Shown here piece after piece: positions 19,673 to 27,910 of a stretch of 32,000 nucleotides of DNA; positions within the stretch are counted from its first letter, which is position 1; each line of letters starts with the position of its first letter. The notes beneath the pieces were generated by a model. The model was not told the origin of the DNA, made no database searches, and worked only from the letters and a program-made list of their open reading frames with translations. Source of the stretch: Candidatus Saccharimonadota bacterium (GTDB lineage Bacteria > Pseudomonadota > Alphaproteobacteria > Rickettsiales > Anaplasmataceae). The stretch spans positions 390,001 through 422,000 of the forward strand of contig NZ_CP046579.1 of assembly GCF_013365475.1 (NCBI RefSeq), in the 5' to 3' direction. Made by a program: the position numbers and the translations under genes.

Positions 19673-20980
19673 ATGGTGAATAATATTGTAGTTATTGGTT
19701 TACAATGGGGTGATGAGGGAAAAGGTAAAATAGTAGATTACCTTTCTGAGAACGCAGGTGTGGTTGTAAGGTTTCAAGGAGGGAATAATGCAGGTCATAC
19801 CATAGTGGTAGGTGGTAAGATTTATAAATTAAATTTACTGCCTTCTGCTGTTTTAAGGACAGGCAAAATATCTATTATAGGGAATGGTGTTGCCCTTGAT
19901 TCATATGCTCTAATTTCAGAAATAGAGCTATTAAGAACTAGAGGCATAGATATTAATCCTAGTAACTTAATGGTATCTGAAAGTTGCCCATTAATACTTA
20001 GTGTACATAAGGAAAAAGAAAAGTTATTTGAAGATTTAAATGGGGATCATAAAATTGATACAACAAACAAGGGAATAGGTCCTTGTTATGAAGACAAAAT
20101 TGGAAGAAGAGCTATACGCCTTTGTGATTTAGAGAATATGGATGAGCTTAATGGAAAGGTGGATGCTCTTCTGAATTACCATAATGCTATCAGGAAGGGC
20201 CTAAGCTTCCATATAGCAAAAAAAGAAGAAATATTGAAGGAAATTAGAAGGATTTCAATGAAAATCCTTCCATATAAGAGGCCAGTATGGAAAGTATTGA
20301 ATGAGCTTACAAAAGAGGGTAAGGAAATAATATTCGAAGGTGCACAAGGTACGTTTTTAGATATTGACCATGGGACATACCCTTTTGTTACTTCAAGTAA
20401 TACTTTGGCATCGCAAGCAATAACAGGTTCAGGATTCTCTTCCAAAGTTTATGTCGTCGGTGTAGCAAAAGCTTATACTACAAGAGTAGGAAATGGCCCA
20501 TTCCCTACTGAACAAAAAAATGAGATTGGAGATAGCTTATTTTCTATAGGTAAGGAACTTGGAACTGTAAGTAATAGAAAAAGACGCTGTGGTTGGTTTG
20601 ATGCGGTTTTAGTACGTCAAGCAGTACAGATCTCTGGTGTTTCAAGTGTGGTGTTAACTAAGTTAGATGTTCTTGACTCTTTTGACAGAATTAAAGTATG
20701 TACTAGTTATGAGTACGAAAAAAAAATATACGATTATCTACCTGCATCACATGTAATGCAAGGGAGATTAGAACCAATATATGAAGAATTTCCTGGTTGG
20801 AAGGAGAGTATTCAAGGCAAAAGGCTGGTTAAAGAGCTGCCTACGAATTTAATAAGGTATATAAGGAGGGTTGAGGAATTAATAGGTGTGCCTATTCACC
20901 TAATTTCAACTAGTCCAAGGAGGGAAGATGTCATTAAGCTTAGAGATTTTGAACTCTCTAAGAGAGTTCTTATATCTTAA
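19673..20980 (+). CDS. purA: Adenylosuccinate synthetase
   Basis: 435 aa. Motifs are GLQWGDEGKGKIVD, GGNNAGHT, TNKGIGPCYEDK, GAQGTFLDIDHGTYPFVTSSN and GTVSNRKRRCGWFD. Confidence 0.95.
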   Translation: MVNNIVVIGLQWGDEGKGKIVDYLSENAGVVVRFQGGNNAGHTIVVGGKIYKLNLLPSAVLRTGKISIIGNGVALDSYALISEIELLRTRGIDINPSNLMVSESCPLILSVHKEKEKLFEDLNGDHKIDTTNKGIGPCYEDKIGRRAIRLCDLENMDELNGKVDALLNYHNAIRKGLSFHIAKKEEILKEIRRISMKILPYKRPVWKVLNELTKEGKEIIFEGAQGTFLDIDHGTYPFVTSSNTLASQAITGSGFSSKVYVVGVAKAYTTRVGNGPFPTEQKNEIGDSLFSIGKELGTVSNRKRRCGWFDAVLVRQAVQISGVSSVVLTKLDVLDSFDRIKVCTSYEYEKKIYDYLPASHVMQGRLEPIYEEFPGWKESIQGKRLVKELPTNLIRYIRRVEELIGVPIHLISTSPRREDVIKLRDFELSKRVLIS

Positions 20981-21370
20981 TTGACTATTACAAAGTAGAT
21001 GTACCTATTTAATACAAGAATATTTGATCGCTTTTAATACTAATTTACTAAGTAAGATAGCTCTATATTAGATTCATGATGAAGCCTGATTTTGCATATA
21101 AGAAGAAGTAAAAAAGTCAAATTAAGTTTAGTGCTTGTAGTTATTTTCAATTTAGTTAAACTTAAAATTTAAATTAGCTTAAAAAAATGTTGTTTGCTTT
21201 AAAAAGATATATTTATAGGGTGGTAACTATGAAGAGAAGAAGAAAGTGGCAAATAGCATGGTAGACTGTGTGCATATAATCAATTTAAGGAATGTGATTT
21301 AATCAGCTACTTTACTGAGCAATACTGAATGATAGTGAATATGATTAGCAAAAAAGCTAATATTAAGAGT

Positions 21371-22099
21371 TTATATTAGATTCTCCATTTTGTATTGAGG
21401 GTCGGATGCAACTCCATACACCCTATTTGGTGGTATAGTTTTGTTCTCTATACCGGAAGTGATGCCTTCGATTATGGCTATGAGCACTTTTTCAAGGTTA
21501 CAATCTGCTCCAGGTACTCTGTGTTCTAGACGGCATTTGCTGCTTCTACTTAAAATCCTGATTGCAGCAGTTCTATTATTCACACCCCAACTAACTGTAG
21601 TTGGGGTGTGAATATCTGGGTATTGGAACCTAAGATATGAATCCTCGTTAGGAGCAAAGAATAACATATCTTTCTTCATCGTAGCGCACAATCCACCAAT
21701 ACTATGAATCAGGAAATCACTGTACTTTTGTCCGCTACAATAAAACAAATTACTGTTGTATAAATCAAATAAATTAACATGCACATTTAATGCACTTCCT
21801 GCTCTCTCTAAGTATGGTTTTGCTTTAAAGGAAGCATTACCACCGAGTTTCTGTGCTGTTTCAGATATAAGTATTTTTGCCAACTTGAAATGTTCAACCA
21901 AGATATAAAAATTTTTGTAACAACTACTTTTTATTTCATATTGGTGTATAGCGCTCTCTTTTTCACAGAAAAATCCAAGTGGAGCTATTTCAGCTTTAGC
22001 GTTACTAAAGAATAAACATTCTTTTTCTATCCCTTCGATATAAAACTCTAACTCAATACCAAACTGGATATAATAATTTAAATTGCTTGGTATATTCAT
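21371..22099 (-). CDS. Glutamine synthetase catalytic-domain-like protein, compact (242 aa)
   Basis: Matches to GS catalytic motifs are FGIELEFYI (GxExEF), KPYLERAGSALNVHVNL (KP..GSG.H.H.S) and SYLRF...TVSWGVNNRTAAIRI (NSYKRL...W..NRSA.IRIP). A further match is RLEHRVPGADCNLEKVLIAIIEG (R.E.R.PD...NPYL). There is no N-terminal beta-grasp domain and no C-terminal about 90 aa. Confidence 0.7.
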   Translation of the reverse strand: MNIPSNLNYYIQFGIELEFYIEGIEKECLFFSNAKAEIAPLGFFCEKESAIHQYEIKSSCYKNFYILVEHFKLAKILISETAQKLGGNASFKAKPYLERAGSALNVHVNLFDLYNSNLFYCSGQKYSDFLIHSIGGLCATMKKDMLFFAPNEDSYLRFQYPDIHTPTTVSWGVNNRTAAIRILSRSSKCRLEHRVPGADCNLEKVLIAIIEGITSGIENKTIPPNRVYGVASDPQYKMENLI

Positions 22100-22414
22100 A
22101 AATTTGTTCCAGTAAATTTATATTAAATTAATTATATTAATATGATTAATTTAATTTCTTGCTAACAAATTTGATATTTTATTTATACGTAGTCATTACT
22201 ATTTCTTTATATCACTACTTTTAAAGTAAATCAAGGTTCATTTGTTGGAAGGAAAATGATCAGTTTTAGTGATTTTATGCCCTTTACAACTCATCAAAAA
22301 TCACCATAATTTTTAGTATGTATTGAATGGTTTAGCTTTTTACTTTGCAGCAAGCTATTGATTAGCTTTTGTTCTTTCTAATTATTGCTTTTTTCTTATT
22401 TCTTAGTGTAGTGT

Positions 22415-23797
22415 ATGAGCTTAATTAAGCCTAAAATTTCTGCTATGTTTTTTGACCAAATTATTACTGTGATGGATCACAACGTTGCTTGGGAGAAAAT
22501 TCAGAGTTATCTCCATGATCTTTATGGAGAGGCAATATATAATAGTTGGCTAAGTTCACTTAGATTTATTAGTAGCAACAATAAAGAAGTTTTGTTGTCT
22601 GCACCAACAAGATTCATAAAAGAATGGGTCACAGTTCATTACATGGAGAAGATATTATCGTTATGGCAAAGTGAGGACAAAAATATACGTTCTATTGATA
22701 TTCAAGTAACAAAGGAAAAGAATTTAACTCTTAATACTCTAGCGAAGAGCAAAGAGGAAAATAGTCACAGTCTTGGTTCACCGCTGGATCCGAGATTCAC
22801 TTTTGATAATTTTGTAATAGGAAAGCCAAATGAACTAGCATTTACAGCTGCAAAACGTGTTGCAGAATCTGTTGATCCAATATCTGGTAGTAACCCTCTT
22901 TTTCTATATGGTGGAGTAGGTCTTGGTAAAACACACCTGATGCATGCTATAGCTTGGCATATAGCTAATTCTCCTCTAACAAAAAGAAAAGTAGCATATT
23001 TATCGGCAGAAAAATTTATGTATCAATATGTTACGGCACTAAGAAGTAAAGATATCATGCTATTTAAAGAGCAATTTAGATCAGTAGATGTATTAATGAT
23101 AGATGATGTGCAATTTATTAGTGGTAAAGATAGTACACAAGAAGAGTTTTTTCATACTTTTAATGCATTGATAGACCAAAATAAGCAATTAGTTATATCT
23201 GCTGATAGGTCTCCTAGTGATCTTGATGGAGTAGAAGAAAGAATAAAATCCAGACTTGGGTGGGGACTAGTAGCAGATATTAATGAAACGACTTTTGAGC
23301 TGAGACTTGGTATATTACATGCTAAAGTAGAACAAATGAATATGTATATTCCTGATGATGTTCTAGAATTTTTGGCGAGAAACATAAAATCTAATATAAG
23401 AGAATTAGAGGGAGCCTTAAATAAAGTTGCTCATACTTCATTAATTGGAAGAAGTATGACAGTAGAATCAGCAAGCGAAACTCTAGCAGATCTTCTTAGA
23501 TCAAATCATAAGCCAATTACAATAGCAGAAATACAGAGAAAAATAGCAGAATTTTTTAATATAAGGATTGCAGATATGCATTCCAATAGAAGACTTCGAG
23601 GCCTTGTAAGGCCAAGGCAAGTGGCTATGTATTTTGCTAAAAAGTTTACACAAAAAAGCCTTCTGGATATCGGAAGAAGCTTTGGTGGCAGAGATCATGC
23701 TACTGTTATACATGCAGTAAAACAGATAGAAAATTTCATAAAAACAGACTCAAATTTTGCAGATGAGATTAATCAGTTAAAAAAGATGTTTAAGTAG
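22415..23797 (+). CDS. dnaA: Chromosomal replication initiator protein DnaA
   Basis: 460 aa. It has Walker [19 protein letters not shown], Walker [10 protein letters not shown], sensor [11 protein letters not shown], and the C-terminal DNA-binding region [34 protein letters not shown]. Confidence 0.95.
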   Translation: MSLIKPKISAMFFDQIITVMDHNVAWEKIQSYLHDLYGEAIYNSWLSSLRFISSNNKEVLLSAPTRFIKEWVTVHYMEKILSLWQSEDKNIRSIDIQVTKEKNLTLNTLAKSKEENSHSLGSPLDPRFTFDNFVIGKPNELAFTAAKRVAESVDPISGSNPLFLYGGVGLGKTHLMHAIAWHIANSPLTKRKVAYLSAEKFMYQYVTALRSKDIMLFKEQFRSVDVLMIDDVQFISGKDSTQEEFFHTFNALIDQNKQLVISADRSPSDLDGVEERIKSRLGWGLVADINETTFELRLGILHAKVEQMNMYIPDDVLEFLARNIKSNIRELEGALNKVAHTSLIGRSMTVESASETLADLLRSNHKPITIAEIQRKIAEFFNIRIADMHSNRRLRGLVRPRQVAMYFAKKFTQKSLLDIGRSFGGRDHATVIHAVKQIENFIKTDSNFADEINQLKKMFK

Positions 23798-24081
23798 TTT
23801 TTTTAATTATATTATATATAGACTTAGTATCATGCTAATAAAATTGGAAAAGTATACTGGTAAGAGAAGGAAATAGTTTTTATTAAGAACCTAAAGTTTT
23901 AGTGAAAAATAGATAAAACTTTGAGCCTTCTCACCCATGAGATAGAAAGAGAAAAATCTATAAATTAATGTATCAATTATTATATAAGATTGCATAAGTA
24001 GATATGATGCTAGTGATAGTTAATTGTATAGAACTAAAAAAGCAAATTATGGGTGTTGCTCTTAGCTACATAGTTCTTCTA

Positions 24082-24288
24082 CTAGTTTTGAAGACTTAAT
24101 TTTCTAGCATTCCTTTGTTTTATAGGATTCTTGCCTGTTGAAATAAATATATCCTTGTCCAGTATTACTATGAGAATGAATCTTTGTCTCCTTGCTAGGG
24201 CTACTGCAGTTCTATATCTCATTCCTAACTTATTTTGCCATACAGTAACCGAATCAGCTTGAAAAGCTCTGCTTTTTAGCAAGAACAT
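24082..24288 (-). CDS. Hypothetical 68-aa ORF, possibly a truncated DUF497/BrnT-like remnant
   Basis: Its ATG (24288-24286) overlaps the TAA of the upstream PLD gene (24290-24288) as TAATG. By-eye resemblance to the DUF497 pattern: AFQADSVTVW ~ sFeeAeeVF, MRYRTAV ~ eeRy..iG, RFILIVI ~ grllvvv, IFISTGKNPIKQRNA ~ iRIISaRkAtk.Er. ORFs of this size also arise by chance in the spacers. Confidence 0.3.
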   Translation of the reverse strand: MFLLKSRAFQADSVTVWQNKLGMRYRTAVALARRQRFILIVILDKDIFISTGKNPIKQRNARKLSLQN

Positions 24289-24815
24289 TAAGAAACGTAT
24301 TTATAAGACTGCAACTTACGTATTTCCCAGTTCTTCACATATTGCTGAACTAATTCAGGATAGTCTCTGATAATTAATAAGTTTTCGGCATTGCCTTTCT
24401 TAGCAGTACTAGTAAGGTTGAATGACCCTGTAATGACTATTTCATTATCAATGATAATTACTTTATTATGGGCAATTTTAGGCTTATTATCAATCCAAAC
24501 TGGTATCTCATTTGCAAATAATTTATTTATTACACTATATTTTAAGTGGAGCTGCGATTTATCTAGGATGACTTTAACATTAACTCCACGCTTTTTAGCC
24601 TTAATCAAGGCATCTGCAACTGTTTCAAGAGTAAATGTATATTCTTGAACTGAAATAGATTCTTTAGATTTATTTATTTCGCTGATTACTGGTACAGTAC
24701 AGTCTTCTTCAGGTGAGAAGCAAACCGTAGCCCTTGGGCAAGGAGAAAATATATAACCTACATAGTAATATAGAGAAAAACATACTAATAAAAATAAAAG
24801 ATATAAAAATTTCAC
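24288..24815 (-). CDS. Phospholipase D superfamily protein, single-HKD Nuc-like endonuclease/phospholipase with N-terminal signal/anchor
   Basis: 175 aa. It has a hydrophobic N-terminus MKFLYLLFLLVCFSLYYYVGY and a perfect HKD motif AHNKVIIIDNEIVITGSFNLT (HxKxxxxDxxxxxxGSxN). Its size and single-motif architecture resemble the Nuc family, which acts as a dimer. Confidence 0.85.
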   Translation of the reverse strand: MKFLYLLFLLVCFSLYYYVGYIFSPCPRATVCFSPEEDCTVPVISEINKSKESISVQEYTFTLETVADALIKAKKRGVNVKVILDKSQLHLKYSVINKLFANEIPVWIDNKPKIAHNKVIIIDNEIVITGSFNLTSTAKKGNAENLLIIRDYPELVQQYVKNWEIRKLQSYKYVS

Positions 24816-24842
24816 AAATTATATCTAAAATACAGAACTATA

Positions 24843-26342
24843 TCATGTTTTAATAAAATTATCTGTTAATCCGTATTCCTTCCACTGCTCCGTAACTTTT
24901 CTTACTATTTTCTCACTCATTTCAATTTTCCTTCCCCACTCTCGTTTGGTTTCTGGTGGGATCTTGTTTGTTGCATCAAACCCTATTTTGCTTCCTAATC
25001 CACTTTCAGGAGAGGCGAAATCTAAATAATCAATTGGTGTGTTCTTTATCATGATAGTATCCCGTGCAGGATCCATCCTTGTTGATATTGCCCATGTTAC
25101 CTCTTTCCAATCACGTATATTTATATCATCGTCAACAACTATAATAAATTTTGTATATAGAAACTGTTTCAGAAATGAAAGTATACCCATGACAATTCTT
25201 TTTGCATGACCAGGATAAGATTTTTTAATTGATACTACTGCTATTCTGTAGGAACACCCCTCTGGGGGCAAATAAAAGTCTGCTATTTCCGGGAATCGAC
25301 TAATAAGAATTGGCACGAATATTTCGTTCAGTGCCTCACCAAGAATTGATGGTTCATCTGGTGGCTTACCAGTAAAGGTACTGAAGTAGATTGGATTTTT
25401 GCGCATTGTAATTGCAGTAACATTAAATTCAGGAAATTGCTCGACAGAATTATAGTAACCTGTGTGGTCTCCGTATGGTCCTTCATCTTGATATTTATCC
25501 AAACTCACATAGCCTTCTAAAACAATTTCTGCATGGGCTGGTACTTGAAGTGGTATTGTTTTACAGTTTACAAGCTCTAGCGGCTTTTTCCTTAGCAGCC
25601 CAGCAAATTGGTATTCTGATAAAGCCTCTGGCACTGAAACTACAGCAGCAATAAGTGTTGCAGGATCATTGCCTATCACAGCAGCAGCAGGAAATTTCAT
25701 ATTTTGTCTCTCTTCTTTCCATCGTTTATAGTGCATTGCTCCTCCACGGTGGGCAAGCCAGCGCATCAAAGTTGTTTTTTTATCTATGACTTGCATACGA
25801 TATATGCCAAGGTTGAAATTATCCTGTCTATTTCCTGTAGGTCCTTTTGTTACCACAATTGGCCAAGTAATAAGCGGGGCAGGTTCATTTGGCCAACATG
25901 TCTGGATAGGTAACAGCCTAAGGTCTACTTCATCTTCAGTCAGTACTACTTCTTGGCATGGAGCTTTACCTATAATTTTACTTCGCATTGATAATACAGC
26001 TCTTAACAAAGGGAACATTTTTATAGCATCAGTGAAGTTTTTTGGTGGCTCAGGAGATTGTAAAAGTGCTAAAAATTTGCCAAGGTCTCTTAGCTTATCA
26101 GGGTTTATATTCAGCCCTAAAGCTATCCTATCGATGGTACCAAACAAGTTCACTAGAACAGGAATTGTATTTTTACCATTTTCTGTAATGACATTTTCAA
26201 AAATAATAGCTGGTCCTTTATTTAATAAAACTCTACGGTGAATTTCTGTCATTTCGAGAACTGTTGAAACCTCTTTCTTGACTCTAATTAGATCCCTTTT
26301 CCTTTCTAAGACTTTAATGAAGTCACGTAGGTTGTTGTACAT
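24843..26342 (-). CDS. ubiD: UbiD-family decarboxylase (4-hydroxy-3-polyprenylbenzoate decarboxylase)
   Basis: 499 aa, full UbiD length. It has an N-terminal [18 protein letters not shown] and [28 protein letters not shown]. It ends 27 bp upstream of the PLD gene on the same strand. Confidence 0.92.
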   Translation of the reverse strand: MYNNLRDFIKVLERKRDLIRVKKEVSTVLEMTEIHRRVLLNKGPAIIFENVITENGKNTIPVLVNLFGTIDRIALGLNINPDKLRDLGKFLALLQSPEPPKNFTDAIKMFPLLRAVLSMRSKIIGKAPCQEVVLTEDEVDLRLLPIQTCWPNEPAPLITWPIVVTKGPTGNRQDNFNLGIYRMQVIDKKTTLMRWLAHRGGAMHYKRWKEERQNMKFPAAAVIGNDPATLIAAVVSVPEALSEYQFAGLLRKKPLELVNCKTIPLQVPAHAEIVLEGYVSLDKYQDEGPYGDHTGYYNSVEQFPEFNVTAITMRKNPIYFSTFTGKPPDEPSILGEALNEIFVPILISRFPEIADFYLPPEGCSYRIAVVSIKKSYPGHAKRIVMGILSFLKQFLYTKFIIVVDDDINIRDWKEVTWAISTRMDPARDTIMIKNTPIDYLDFASPESGLGSKIGFDATNKIPPETKREWGRKIEMSEKIVRKVTEQWKEYGLTDNFIKT

Positions 26343-27910
26343 AGTTTAAAGTAAATCTTCTAGTGTAATTACACAATCTATTATGCCTTTACAAAAATTA
26401 ATTTTAAAATTAAACTTATATGATTAATACAAAGAATAACTTTCTTCTTTAATTTCATTCTTATCTACATACTACTTCCCTTCTTAAAAGGCTCAACAAA
26501 TTTCTTTATTACTATAAGGTTTTGTCTAGACCGATGTCTCAGGGAATCCTTGCATATATCTTTTTTGGTCAAGGGCAAGGTTATGCTGGACACTAGACCT
26601 CTTGCTGAGCTTTTATACTACATGATGTTGGCAACTCTATATGTAACTCCATTTAATTTTCTCTAACTGCATTTGAACGTTAAAACGTGCTTTTTAAAAT
26701 GTCTATCACCTTCATCTACTACCTTAGCTTTACTTAAGTGCTTCTTTCTATATAAACGAAAGGTATACTAAAAATCTTATATTGCGAATCCTTTAAAGTA
26801 GGATATATATGAAATGTAGTTTTTGTTAGTTTTTATATCTCAAGTAACAAGTTGATAAATAATAAGCAGTTTGCTCACAACATCGCAACCAAATCATGAA
26901 CAATGATTCCAAAGAAGATAGATAACTAAACAGTTAAAGATTTTTTAATCTATAAAAATCTCCAAGAAGAATCAACTCTACTGCTTGGTAATTTAACTAA
27001 AGTTGAACTTTTATACATAATATAAATAAAGCAATAAATGACAATATCAAAAACAGTTTATTAATGACGAGATTAATATATCTTCAGAATACTTGATACT
27101 TAGAATAATTTCTTAAAAAGAACACAAGTGCTTTAGCCGTCTATTTTTTGTAAGTAAAGGGGGAATATCTTAATTTTGCTATGTAAGCTTATTTAGTAAG
27201 AATGGAAAATAGTGGTACGCCTTTTTATAATTGATGATAATCCTGTTTTAGGAGCAATTGACTTATTGCACTTAAGAAAGCAGACGAGTTGAGTTATGGC
27301 TAAGCTAGCTACTATTTTCTATAGAAATTTTCTCATGTTTGAAAAATAAATAAATGTAAGTTTAGTAAAAAATGCACAGAAGTAGTTTTAATACTATCTA
27401 GGGTAGTGCAATGAACCTTAATCACTATAGTATTTACAAGTATGTTTGAAGCCTTCTTAAGCAAATACTTTAACTTTGCTGTACAAGAACATACATTTAC
27501 AGAAGGAATAAAATTTCTGGAAAATATAAGTTATATCTTTACTAAAAAAAGAATTCCTTTTTAAAGTTGCTCATGACTTATGATGGTACAGATTGGCATA
27601 AGTAAGCAAATATTAGTTAGCTTCATATATACAAAATATAACTTGCTTATAAACCGTGTTTCATTTTTTTTAAATGAGAAGTTAGGAAACATTAAGTGGA
27701 GATAGTTTCCCACCCCTCATTGAAACTTATATAAGTAGAAAAAAGTGGTCACTGCAAGCTTTTGGTTTTTGATGTATAAGTGTAGCTTAGTATAGATTGT
27801 TTGAATGTTTCTATTACTAATTACGGTAGTAGTATGAAAAGCATTTCTTCTATGTTATGGAATTGAAATTTAATTCAATTTCTTAACTTAGAGCTTTTTA
27901 AGTAGAAAAA

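Noticed and set aside
4268-22099. Idea that the C26/PuuD-like protein and the GS/PuuA-like protein form a gamma-glutamylation (Puu-type) pathway
   Set aside because: The two genes are 16 kb apart, on opposite strands, and separated by unrelated housekeeping genes. One appears exported and the other cytoplasmic, and no other puu-type genes are present. The link is purely by family analogy.
22100-22414. Possible oriC or DnaA-box cluster in the AT-rich 315-bp region upstream of dnaA
   Set aside because: I found no TTATCCACA/TGTGGATAA-like 9-mers with two or fewer mismatches, either here or elsewhere in the window. dnaN/recF/gyrB are not adjacent. In Rickettsiales the origin is generally not located at dnaA. 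TTAA-rich strings here do not give clean TTAA-N7-TTAA CtrA boxes and are expected by composition.
25786-26241. Long antisense ORFs inside real genes: 151 aa opposite ubiD, 120 aa and 105 aa opposite ppdK, 102 aa opposite glpX and cdsA, 86 aa opposite frr, 65 aa opposite coaD, and others in the track
   Set aside because: They are shadow ORFs on the complementary strand of strongly supported genes. They have no family motifs, and stop codons are depleted in antisense frames of coding sequence.
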